A DNA stretch of 47,312 nucleotides, the filler included, from Catajapyx aquilonaris (lineage: Eukaryota), in NCBI GenBank assembly GCA_000934665.2. It is 2 parts of 2 records of this genome, joined end to end, with 100 filler letters (N's around TTAATTAATTAA, not from the genome) between each part and the next. Parts side by side here need not be neighbours in the genome. Positions count along the whole stretch, not along the records: positions 1 to 24,256 come from JYFJ02005778.1; positions 24,357 to 47,312 come from JYFJ02005779.1. One strand, given 5' to 3'. The notes under the pieces are model-generated. The model did not search any database. It was given only the letters and a program-made list of their open reading frames with translations, and was not told where the DNA came from. The position numbers and the translations under genes are program-made. This document shows, one piece after another, positions 13,430 through 25,559 of the stretch (position 1 is the stretch's first letter; each line of letters starts with the position of its first letter).

Positions 13430-14190
13430 ATGGTTTTGTCACAGGTACACGCATGACTAGTGTGGAATTTAATGCTTGTCACTACTACGCGCGTCCGGAA
13501 GCACTTGTTCCATTGTGCGACACAATCGTTGCACTATTCGACTATTGGGATTTGAAGCAATGTGGAATTGGAGCCTCATCACGTATGAGAGGAAGGGCTT
13601 ATCACAGCTCATGAAGTTCTGCCTTGTCTTTGATTATGACAGGTATCGTTTTCTTATTCTTGAACATATAGTATGGCCATCTATATTGCACAATAAGATT
13701 CTGTGATGTTCGTGTCTTCCAGACAATGCAATTTGCAGTCTGTGTTGTGTTTTCGGCCTATTCATGTCTGCTTAGATTCCGCCTTTTTAGTATTTTCGTG
13801 CCTGGATATGTTCATGCAACGAGCTAATTAACTCGCACCTAATACTGAAATGATCACTGAGATTGAGAAGTTACGTGAGGTTAAAATTATGGGTCAAAGA
13901 AGTAACCTCAGTGTAAGTAATTAATTCAACAAATATCCATAGGCGGCTGTTTTTAACGTGGGCGCTATTTGCCTTTGCTCGTGCGGCCTGCTGCGTGCTC
14001 GTGCTGCGTGCTGCGTGCTCGTGCTGCGTGTAGTGTTCAGGTGTTGGTCCTGGTAAGTGAACCTGATTGTGGGTGATAAGGGTCCTTCGTCCTTGTATAG
14101 TTAACATACCTAAGAGTTTGAAGCAATACAATGAGATGTCATAATACAGCAGTATGCTGAACAGGATCCGTTAATGATGATGGCATGACG
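13430..14190 (-). pseudogene. Module A copy with an internal GCTGCGTGCTCGT minisatellite (about 13990-14030)
   Basis: Peptides YCFKLLGMLTIQGRRTLIT, FVELITYTEVTSLTHNFN, ADMNRPK, RHEHHRILLC and TSIKFHTSHACTCDK. Confidence 0.6.
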
Positions 14191-15728
14191 ACCAGGGTGA
14201 TGTGCAGATAATGACATTGTCTTCTTTCTTTACATGTTGTAATAGTTCACTTGCATTAAGCCATGGGCTATTGAGTTGGATTCTTCCCCATACTCATGTG
14301 GCTGGTGCCATTTCTGACCAAGTCCCTGCAATCGACCCTTTCCTAGGTCAAGGGAAGTTTGTGTATTGCGTAGTAGCTTCCCTCACAAAATTATGTGTGA
14401 ATGTACCAGAGTGTCGCGATTCGCTTTAGTTTAGGCATGTCCCTGCAGAGCTCATCACATTGGTCAAGTGTCATCTCAAGAGGGACCATCAAAAGAGAGA
14501 AATTAAGAGATTTTTCTACTTGTATTCTACCCAAAGTTTCTCCATCGATGTATTGCATGTGCTGAGCATAAACAAAGTACTGACAAGTAAATACCCATCT
14601 GCACTTGGACTTGAAGACTTGGAATGTGGTACTTCCGACTGGCCTCCATTTGACCAGGTGTATGTCAGGGTGTCGACAATCAAAGTACATTCTGTCAATT
14701 TACTGATTAACCTCTGTCCAGCCAATCCCCTACTTTCCCTAATTAGCTCAACGAATTTTTCTGGGATTTCTCGTGAGTAGTTGCGTAATATTGAGAAGTT
14801 AAGGCCCTTCAATTTGTGTTCATTTTAAAAGATAATGTCCCTGTCTATTGTGCGTGGCATCGTGGTGTGCACTGCGTCTTGTAAGAATATATTCAACGCG
14901 ATTAAGTACATTTGGATTGTCGAACAGTCGTGAGGGGATATTTTTGATTGTCTCATTATTGTTATAATTAATTGTTGCTTTCAACCCGGACCGAAATGAT
15001 CCCTGATTCATGGTGGTTCTATACACGTCGTAGCGTTTTGTTAGGAATCTCTGTGGCAGTGAAATGTGCCAATCAATAATCTGTCTTCTATAAAGTAGCA
15101 GGATTTGGCAGCAGGAATTCTATTGGGGTTTTAAAAGTCGAGTAACCTAGGAGGGCATGCAATATTGTCTCACTAGTACCAATACCCTTGTGGAACTGGC
15201 TGTGACATGTTGGAGTCAAGTTGGCCTAGGAATAAAAGAGACAGCACGGATTTACAATGTACGTTACTATAACCATCCGTTAATGATGAATATGGTGGGC
15301 GAGATGAAGTTGAGTTTGCAGATGATACACTATACGGAGTCAGCTTCTTGGTCAATTCTTGGGATCCTCACCCACACATCCCACTTCGCTTTATGGTTTT
15401 GTCCCTTGAAACTCACACACGTAGCAATAATACCTTACTGAATTTCCATTAGCAGCGTTGTGGCGTCTTGGTCCGTTCACTTTCCTTTTAGCTGCATTCA
15501 CGCAGTTCCTTACCAGTACCTGCTGTTTAAGAGGGACAGCTGCTATACAGTATATCATCAATCGGTTGTCTCTTCGTTCTGAAGATTTCTTCCATGTGCT
15601 GCCTGACTGTCGAGATGAGATAGGTCTGCCTTCGTTAGTTGGACCGGGTGGGAATCGGAGTCTGGCCATGTTGGGAGGGGGGAAGACAGAGATTGGATGG
15701 GTGGTGAGAACACGGGGGTTTGGAGGTA

Positions 15729-15862
15729 CAGTCGCCGACATATTGATTGAATCACGCGTCGCCTCACTGGATTTCGCAAGATGTTGTGCGGTATTGCTCT
15801 GAATATCCAGGATAACGTTAGAAATCGGCTCGCAAGTGATTCAATCAATATGTCGGCGACTG
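15729..15862. mobile_element. 134-bp Tc1/mariner-type MITE
   Basis: TIRs CAGTCGCCGACATATTGATTGAATCAC / GTGATTCAATCAATATGTCGGCGACTG, flanked by TA on both sides. It is inserted in a Pro-rich module whose paralog at about 610-740 lacks it. Confidence 0.8.
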
Positions 15863-18186
15863 TACCTACAAGTTGCTTGCTGTGATTCGCTACTTACGTT
15901 ATTTACAGCTATGTTCACTAAATGCGCTTAAGACTCATTTAATAAAATATTCAATATGTCCATAATACGAGGATAACGTACTATGTACTACAATCGGACA
16001 TGAATGGTTAATCACATACTGTACAAACATGACTCCTTGCGTGCAGTTTAATACTTGTTAAAGGAACTTTTTTTGTGCTGGAAGAGTTATCGCGTATGTG
16101 ACACAACCGTTGCGCTATTAGAATATGAAGGTATGTGAATTTGGAGCATCGCATATGTAAAAGGCTTGTGATAGCTATAGCTCATCGTGTACTTCTGCAT
16201 TTTATTTTTCATCATGACCTTTTTCGGCCTTTCTCTATGGCTTCATCATTCCTAAAGATACATAATGTAACACTTGATTTGGGGAAGGGGCTTGTGGGAG
16301 CATGAACCCAAGGAATAAACAAAACATCGTTTTGGAGTTGCCAATGTTCTGAATTATTCGTCTAAGGATATCTGTCTTCATTGGGAGATATTCATTCTCA
16401 CACTACAATTTTGTTATAGATTTGTCTTAATCCATAGTTGCAGTACTTTCTCACTTTTTCTTTCACCACACCACTAGTATTTCTTGCCACTTCATTTCCT
16501 CTATCGTCCTTGCTAGTTGTCATCTGCTTGGATATAGTCTAGCTTTTTCAGATGCGACTGGTTCCTCATTTTGTCGTGACCAACATTTACTGGTCATCTT
16601 TTTGGTTACTGGAACATCTGATAGGTTTGCATGTTGCATCGAAAGTTGTATAGCTAACACTTTTGCGCCCAGGATGACATCTGGAGGATTGCTTGTATCA
16701 CGCAGTTAAAACATTAGCGCAAGGTTGTTGCCCATAGTGGATGAGTGTTTGGGTATTGAAGCTAAGTCTGGTGAGCCCACCAAGCCTTGGTTCGTTACTA
16801 TTAATGTTTCTGCCCAGTTCAACTGTCGTACGTAGAAAGATTGCCTTCATTGTGACGACAGACTCTGTCGATTTGGCGCCATGTGGCATTGAATTTATTG
16901 GGTCCTGGGTGGTGGTTGATGAAAACACAAGTGTCTGCTATTAAGCCACTCTTAAACAAACAAAAACCTGGCAAACTGGTGATACATAGAAAAAGTACTG
17001 TACTAAGAATAGTACGTACATGTAGTTATGTGTGATTTTATTATTATGCCGTTGGCGTAGCTTCGTGTTTTGGCCAACATTTTCTGTGCTAATTTCTTTG
17101 TGTTTCTAATTTGACATCGGAGAGGTTTGCATGATGCATTAAAAGGGCCTGGAATGCTGCTTAGAATGCCGAATTACATCAAGCCGCAAGACAGATGGGG
17201 GCAAGACTGCTTGTTTTATATATGCCCATAGGAATATATTCACTCGATGTGTTACATGCCTTTCACATCAGTTGTGCACTTTTTGGGTGGAGAAGAGTTT
17301 TCCTTCACTTCACTCTAGTACTGGTCATCTTGTCTACAATTTTATTTATTGCAGATTTGCTTATTTGTGATGAGAGGAGTCGCCATTTGGCTTGCCATTT
17401 AGTGGTGTTGACGTACTCCATATTTCCAGTTCTTTCTCCTTTTAGTTCATTACGACATTTACATCTCAGTTAGTTCTTTGGGTGTCACACAGATGCCAAA
17501 CACTTGGCAGTAAGACTGGCAAAGTAGTCGAAGAAACAAAGTAAGGGCTGAATGTGAATTGACGGTGTGAAAGACTCATGGGTTGTGTCTGAAGATGGAG
17601 TAGTAGAGTGACATAGTCCGCTTCTTTTAGGTCCTCCTGTGTATTGCGGATTTGTCGTCATTTGTTGTTTATTGCCTTATTCTAGGTGTTGAAATCATGC
17701 CACATATTTGTCATAGTTATTATTGCCAGTCTCTTGGACATTTTACCCAACACAAGGCTGGGAAGACAAACAGTGCATAATACATTTTGTGGTCATATTG
17801 AGGGTAGCCAAATGCCTCCCTGAGGTGTTTCCGTTTTTTGGTGTTATATTTCTGTTATTTGAGAGATTCCGTCCTTCTAGAATTTACGTTCCCGGATGAG
17901 CTTATGCAAGGCCTTATTATTAGCCTACATTACTCGTACCGTACGTTACAACAACCACAAGGGATTACTCCCATTAGTCTCATCCTCCCTTCACAATATT
18001 TACAATGAACTGGTATGTACGGCTCGAATTCTTCTGTGTGTTCATATGAATCTTTCTCCCAACTCGCCTTCAAATCGCACTTGACATGGTGACAAGGCCT
18101 ACTCCGACTTCATTCATTTGAAGGTACTATCGGCACGGAAATGTTGACATATCCACACAATGGGAGTTCCATATGTATCATTCCTT

Positions 18187-18270
18187 ATGTACCTGAGCAT
18201 GTCATTACAAAGCACAACCGGCCATGAATGGTTTGTCACAAACTGTACAGACATGACTCCTTGGGTGCAA
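18187..18270 (-). pseudogene. Decayed C2H2 zinc finger
   Basis: LHPRSHVCTVCDKPFMAGCAL**HAQVH. Paralogs at about 15990-16050 and 20985-21070. Confidence 0.7.
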
Positions 18271-18789
18271 TATTATGCTTATTGTCACTTTTTCAGTAGG
18301 TTATGTGTGTTGTCTTCCGCCACTCCGTGATCCAGAAGGATTGTGCCATTCAGGATTTGGCCTGGGGCGGAGGTCTATTCTTCCTGGGCTAATGTCGCCA
18401 TCTCAAGTGCGGGTACGTATGTAGAGTTGACCCAGGAAAAGACTTCCCGTCCTGATTATATGTTTTGTCTCCAATTTTTCTTCATTACACAGTGTAATTA
18501 TGAATTTTGCTTGGAGACTATTGCACAGAATAAATCATATGATGTGCCATCGGTGCACACCTATGGGGTTTTAAAATTATTGTGTGATTGTTCCCCCCTG
18601 ATATAAGAGTATGTTAACATATATCCATACAATACGAGTTTAATAGGTACGAGTATTATTCCATATGTACACGTGAGCGTGTCATTTCAAAACACAACCA
18701 GACACAAATCGTTTGTCACGTACTGTTCAATCATGATTTCTTGTGTGCAATTTTGTATATTTGTAAAAGCCACTTCTGGTGCTGCAAGA

Positions 18790-18791
<2 letters not shown>

Positions 18792-18874
<83 letters not shown>
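18792..18874. repeat. (TA)n microsatellite
   Basis: Uninterrupted TA run. Confidence 0.98.
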
Positions 18875-18877
<3 letters not shown>

Positions 18878-18884
18878 ATACAAA

Positions 18885-19210
18885 ACCCTTACTCTATCGG
18901 AATGGGAAGCAATGTTAATCTCGGAGCCTCACATAGTTATGAGAAGCACTAACCAAAGCTCATTAAGCATTTCTGCCTTGACTTTCCGTTATGACCTCTG
19001 TGGTTGAAACATTATCGAATGTATGTGCACAAATATGTCACATGAAAGGATTCTGTGATGTTTTTGAGTCCTTCCAGACATGCAAATAGCAGATTTTTGT
19101 TTCTTCCTATTCATGTTAACTTCGATTCTGCGCTTCTAGTATTTTCTTGCTCGGATAAAGTTCATCCTCTACCTAATACTGAAATGGTCACTGAGAAACG
19201 TCATTTAAAA
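18885..19210 (-). pseudogene. Partial module A copy
   Basis: CATGAAAGGATTCTGTGATGTT...CTATTCATG...CCTAATACTGAAATGGTCACTGAG matches the other module A copies. Confidence 0.6.
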
Positions 19211-20984
19211 ACTAACTGTTACTGTGCCTGTCATGTAAAATGTTCATTTTAAATCTCTCCTACTGGTGCCATGTGAAAAACACTGAGGAAACGAGTTCCC
19301 TTATGTTGAACTGAAATATTGTGGTAAATTGAATCAAGAGTGTCCGGGCATATCCTGTACAGATATGTGGGGGCGGTATGAGAATATTTTTCTCGTCGGT
19401 TGTTACGTGATTGTCGACACATTTGTCCAGTTTCTCTCAGTTGTTCTATCCTTGCTTGGTAAAATTCATCTTGGAGCAAGTGTTTTGTGAAACAAGCACT
19501 TTAAAATGTTTGCAAGCGTATTGAGCTTCTTGGTAGTTAAGTGAGGGATACTATATCCTCTCTAATGACCAGCATTATAGTGACGTAATTCGAGCAGTGT
19601 AAATTGAAATTCGTAATCACAGCCGTCATTGATGCCATATTTGACTGGGAAGTTTCAACGCATCTTAGCTTAATGTCAATATTAGTATGATTCAGTTAAA
19701 ACTAATAAAATAGGGCGCATTTTGCTCTAGGCATGTAGTGTAAGAACATCTGTCAATTTTATCATTATTATGAATTTTCATAAGCGGTATTGGAGATTGT
19801 AACATCTGGAATGACAATCGGTCGCCGTAAGTTCTACAGTGGCTACAGGCGAATTACGGAGCAATGTCCATCGCTCTCGCGACCTCACCCTCCGCCATCC
19901 TCTCCGTTGACAAGCGAAGGTTCCATCAGTCTTGAGCCTATATATGTAGGTTTTGCAACAATGGAAAAGATGCAAATCGTGTCCCCCGACGTTATGCTGG
20001 CCCAGGGCCTTCTCTTTATCTACACTTCTCCGAGCTCTCCTGTCTTTCACCATAATGTTGTGAAGGCATGTTTGTGTGTCGTAATGGGCCTGGACTGTGT
20101 CCAAGTGCTACTTCGATTGGTGAAGCTTGCATCACGCCACAAGACATGAAGGCACAAGACTGTCGTGGATTTACGAATTTGTGATGAGAGGATTTGTCGT
20201 CATTTGTTGTTGTTTATTGCCTCTTTAGTTATAGAAATCATGCCACATATTTGGCATAGTTATTATTCCCAGTCCCTTGGCCAAGCTTACTTGGGCATTT
20301 ACCCAACACACAGAAAGACAAACAGTACGTCTGACCCATAACACAATTGTTGTGGCCATATTGAGGGTTGTCAAATGCCTGCTTGAGGCGTTCTGCGATT
20401 TTTTGTGTTGCAGTTCTTTATGCTTCAAGTCTGCTAAGAGATTCCGCCCTCCTAAGTTTTAAGCTCTTGGACGCTCTTATGCAAGGCTATTATCCCGAAT
20501 CTAATGTGAAAATGATGAGTGTGGCACTTTATTAGTCAACATATCTGTTCATTTAGACGTTGTGCATGTTTTAAAGTGGGTAATAATGTGTGGCTTCCTC
20601 CTTCAGATTCTGTCGTCCTTCACAAACTCTTAAACAATGGGACTAATGTCCGTCGGAGCCGATGGCGGGGTCGGTATGCCAACACTTCACGCCGCAGGAC
20701 GTATATATTGGTTGGAAGTGGTGGTAGTTGCCAGGTTCCATCATTGATATTAATTTACAGAAGGGACTTTGGCGACCGTAATACTACTTATTGCAATAAT
20801 TATTCGATTGAAATTTACAGTTTTTTTGTACTGTTATCTCCAGACAAAGTAGGCATCATTTCCAAGCCTGGACCTTGCTCGTATCACATTGCGCAATGAT
20901 TATGTAAATTGAGTACGTTCATGTAGCTTGAATAGGCATGACTGGATCAGATGGCCACCTTGGCACATTTAACTGTGACTTTTT

Positions 20985-21070
20985 TGTGTACTACCTGAAC
21001 ATGACATTACAAAGCGCAACCAGACATAAATGGTTTGTCACAAATTCTAACACACGTGACTCCTTGGGTA
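20985..21070 (-). pseudogene. Decayed C2H2 zinc finger
   Basis: PRSHVC/RICDKPFMSGCAL*CHVQVVH with a 1-nt frameshift. Confidence 0.65.
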
Positions 21071-23588
21071 CAAATCGTACAATATAATGCTTGGATAACT
21101 CACTTCAGCTGCTGCAAGGCTTTTTTTTGCATATGTGACAATCTCTTCGTCCACTGCGATCCACACCTCTTCCGCATTCCTTGTCTCTCTGGAAACACCC
21201 AGCTCCGACGCATACCCCAACCAGTGCTCACGTGATCATCTTCCAAGAACCCAAGGATGTCATTCTGGCATCGCGTTACTCTCATGGCTCGGGTGCAAGA
21301 TGAGTGAGTGAATAAAATGGGTTTTGGACACTTTTGGCGACGGGATTGAGTCAAACGCGTCCAGGCATTTGTCGTAGGGTATAATGTCTGAGGATCATTT
21401 CTTCCATCAGTTATGCATATATGCGAAGTGTACTCCCATAAAATAGAACATTAATGTGCGCGTCTTTTTTTGCTACATACCTTACCAAATGCTCAGCGTG
21501 TAAGAAACAGTTAGGCTGGTTGGCTATCACTTGGTTCATGTCTGACTGTTACTTGCTCAATTTCATATACAGTGATTAGTGCAGGACATGTTTCACTCTC
21601 CTTGACCAAAAGTGATCCAGCTATGGCGGATCTCATTTTGATTATTCTGCCGAATTCCAGTTATAGTGAAATTCTATTAACGTGTTATTTGAACCTGCCA
21701 GATGGTTTCAAAGGGCAGTGTGTGTTCGGTTCTGGGAGGGGCAGTACATGTCCATGTGTAAATGGTATTTAAGCATCATGCTATATTTGTTGTCCTGTGT
21801 GGTTCCCTGATCCAGATGGGTTGTGCCGTTTAGGATGTGGCCTGGGGCGGAGGTCGGTTCAGGAATATTGTCGCCAATCGCCATCCGAAGTACGTACCTG
21901 CAGATGCCCGAGTCCGGATTAGATGTTTTGTTTACAATTTTCCTTCATTACATGAACTTTGCCTGGAAACACTCATTTCTTGCCAAAACATAGAATTCCC
22001 TTTGCTGCATAAGTATCATCTAAAATTCTAAGTTGTTTTTTAAATGTCACTCATTCAGTGAATGGACATCTGTTTTTACTGGATTTGTGGATGATTTCCT
22101 TCCTGAGTGCCCGTCGCGTCAGTGTTTGTTTCACTTTTAGAAGTTGTGTTGCTGCTAAATAAGAATTGTACAGGACAGCTACGAGAGCGTATTGTTTGGA
22201 GCCTTAAAGGTATCGCATCGACGTTGTTTTCATGTTGCATATCACACGCGTATCATATTATAAGCTTACTGTGTGTGTTGCATTACATTACATGTTATTG
22301 ATGTTTTCTAGTTACTACATTATTGCTGCAAGGCTTCTTTTGACGTGTGCAGTCTGAATTTCACCAGCAGCCCTTGGTGATGACATTTACCGCTGAAATT
22401 TTTTAGAGGTAATGAGGAATCAAAGTGAATTGGAGGATGTACTATTGTTGCGTTTTCCCGATGGAGGAGCCTGCAGATTACATCGCATCGTCCGCTTGTT
22501 TATTCGTCTTGGTTCTTCTCTTTGTGTGCCGTCATTCCATATCTCAGTATCGTCTTCGGGAGTGTGCATTGGCCATCACTTCACAACAGAAGTCATGCAT
22601 AACAAATGATGGTATCAAGTGGTCTTCATTGTCACGTTCTATCCTCCAGCTAAAGTAGGTGTCGTTGCCATAATCACACTCTTTGTTATTATTACGTTAC
22701 AAAGACCACATGAAATTACTCGTTTCCTCTTAGTACTTCACAAAATTTTCAATGTAACTGTCCGCATATACTGTCCCTGAAAACTTGGGTATTTACACGC
22801 ACAAGTACAGAAAGTCCAATACGTATACGTCTCACCATCCATAACATTTTGTTATTACTTTCCGCTCGTTGTCTTGTTTCTTATTAATTGTTGATTAGAT
22901 TTCGTCCTTTGATGAGGTCATGGTCAGTGCCTAGATGCGTTTATTTATGCAAGAATATTATCCTGAAGTGGTTACTGATGTATAGCATTTAACAAAATAC
23001 ATCGTTCACTTTTATGGACGTTACGTACGGTATGTTTAGATGTTTTCCAATGATACAAATCTATAACTGCATTGCTAAATATTTATCTAAACAGTTTTAC
23101 ATTAACCAGCGCGGCGGTTTTAAGATAAGTGTGACGCTAGGTTTCCTAATGAATTGACCTACATAGGAATAAGAGTAGCACTAAAGCTTTGCTGGTTGGG
23201 GGAAGCTGCTCTGCCCAAGTCCGGGCTCCCGGCGACTCACAAGTCGAGAGGGGGAAGCGCTATCAGACAACTCGCTTGTATATGCTCAGGCGGCGCTGGC
23301 CTGCTGGCCCAAGCATGATACTCGTAAGTGTCGTTCCCAAAAGTTACGGAGACCTGTCACTGGATTCGTGGATAGGTTAGGATCGGATATTCAGGCGGAG
23401 CACCTGCTGGCCCAAATATGACCCCCAGTTGATAACCTATGTACCATTGAACCCTATCTGAAATGAAACACAAGTGCTCAATTCAATGTTAACCATAACG
23501 GGTTGACGTCTTCTTTGTTTCTCACTTCTTCTCCTTCTTGTTGATTATCGTCGTCGTCTTCTACTTGTTTGTCTTCTTCTTCTTCTTC

Positions 23589-24104
23589 TCATTGAACGTC
23601 ATCTTCTTCTTCTACTTGTTTTTCTTCTTGTTCCGCCAGTTCTTCTTTACCACAGGATGGTACAGGTCCACAGGTGCCGTTGGTGTGGTCGAAATACCAT
23701 GGATTATTCTTATAGCGATCTTTCAATTCTTCTACCATCTTATTGTTGTTTGTAATGAAGTAGTGCGGAACGGGTTTGTAGTATGGTATTTCCTCTTTCA
23801 TGTGGTCAAACCCTAAGTCTCCAAAGAACCTTCGCTTCTGGTTGGCTGACATCTTAGGCGGTGTCATGGGCAAATAGTAAGAAGAGGATTGAGAAAGTTG
23901 CTCACCATTGGTATCTTCTGGCTCTTCATTGTTGGAAGTGGTAATGTCCATTTGGTCCACCTTCTCCGTCACGTTTGATGGTGTTGGCATAACTATCTCC
24001 ATTTTTTCTTCACCCATCTCTGCCTCTCCTTGGTGGGACGTATGGTCGATCTCGTCTTCCGACCATTCACCGAAGAGGTCGAAGATTAATTCTTCCCTTG
24101 TCAT
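23589..24104 (-). CDS. Acidic low-complexity 171-aa ORF of unknown function, probably truncated or pseudogenised
   Basis: Long open frame with protein-like composition. The acidic run continues in frame past the TGA (EEEEEDKQVEDDDDNQQ...), and the upstream sequence has a frameshifted LFGDWEEDE motif. Confidence 0.4.
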   Translation of the reverse strand: MTREELIFDLFGEWSEDEIDHTSHQGEAEMGEEKMEIVMPTPSNVTEKVDQMDITTSNNEEPEDTNGEQLSQSSSYYLPMTPPKMSANQKRRFFGDLGFDHMKEEIPYYKPVPHYFITNNNKMVEELKDRYKNNPWYFDHTNGTCGPVPSCGKEELAEQEEKQVEEEDDVQ

Positions 24105-24213
24105 CTCCAGTCCAGTTTTCTCCTTAGCTGCTTGGGTGATTCCTTGTTCTTTCCGTCTTCATCTTCTTCCCAATCACCGAAAAGAAATACCCCAATATAT
24201 ATATAAGACCTGG

Positions 24214-24256
<43 letters not shown>

Positions 24257-24356
24257 NNNNNNNNNNNNNNNNNNNNNNNNNNNNNNNNNNNNNNNNNNNN
24301 TTAATTAATTAANNNNNNNNNNNNNNNNNNNNNNNNNNNNNNNNNNNNNNNNNNNN
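24257..24356. other. Assembly gap with TTAATTAATTAA linker (24301-24312)
   Basis: 44 N, a 12-nt sequence giving stops in all six frames, then 44 N. Preceded by a (TA)n run. Confidence 0.95.
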
Positions 24357-25559
24357 CAAGTTAGCAGTGCATAACATTACATGCAACATTGTACACAACT
24401 GGGTGGCAACACCAATCACTTGACCTTTTAATTTGCACCAGAGAGCACCAGACCGGAAATCCTTGCCGTCTTCCAAAGTTTTCCTATGCTGTCACCTGGA
24501 GAGAGGGTTGCCATGTAGCAGTACTGGTCCACAGCTTACATCTGAGCCGCCATATTTCTGAAACAAATAATTATAAAATTATTTTCGGCAAAAGAAAACC
24601 CTGAATGGCCTCCGTCTCACTGTTGTGTCTATGCGAGGTTGATGACAAGATCCTCATGTACGGGATGGACATCAGGTGTGAAATGAGCTGGTAACCACAT
24701 CTCCTGCTGCTTCGTATTAGCCAGTTGATTCAGCTGGTTAAAATGCGGTCCACGTCAGCAAGACCCTAGATGGGAAAATAAAGTATGGTACATTAAATAT
24801 TTACTAATATGCCGTGCTGTAATGTACTGCAGCCTTCAACCTGGAGTGCACAAGGTATGTGACATCAGAGCTGATGGTCCGTTCATGCAAGAAGTCTCCT
24901 AAAATGGCTCCAAACTTACGCATTAGATCAAGTGAATCACTCAGATGTGGTCATTACAAGTATTCAAAAATATTGGTGCAACAATAGCGCATATAGTTAG
25001 TCACAACTACATACATACACACGTAGGCCTACATACAGGAAAACATGTAACATTGTCACTTGACCCTCTTCAACCGAAGAACTGCATAGAAACATTTTAC
25101 GGGGTGTTACCTCTGCGACATTGAGGTAGCATTGGAGCAATGATTGATGGGATACACAATTACCAAGGAATCAACGCATCACATAAGGTGACAACCAAAG
25201 TGACCAGATGATCCTGTAGAGTAAATTAATTTACACAAATATAACTATGTATGGAATGATGACAATAGTGAGGAGACTCCTGGAGATGATCCGTCTAGCT
25301 GTGTGATGACCCAAGGGCAGTAAGTCACATTATAATTAGTGAACTAGCTATTGTAAATGCTCTTACGACAGTTGACACTCCTCGATCTGAACGGTGGATG
25401 AAGTGAAGCCACACGTCCTCTTGGGCCTGTCCAGCTAGATGCCTGCCATCCATGTCCACTGGTGTTCCAGGTTGCTTCACCTCTTCCTGTACAGAACTTC
25501 CCCCTTGGATTAGGAACCTGAAAGTCAAGTCACATTAATCCCAAATTAGATCACGACAA

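Larger units (their letters stand above)
550..22900 (-). repeat. Mosaic field of diverged, co-oriented paralogous modules (decayed coding sequence)
   Basis: The same blocks recur in direct orientation and different order. Examples: GCTAAT(T/C)AAC near 1101, 4742, 10216 and 13823; TAGTTAAC...AGAGTTTG...CAATTCAATGAC near 1342, 4980, 7374, 10446 and 14098. No long intact ORF. Confidence 0.85.

Noticed and set aside
18673..19007. ORFs with (YI)n runs
   Set aside because: They are translations of the (TA)n microsatellite.
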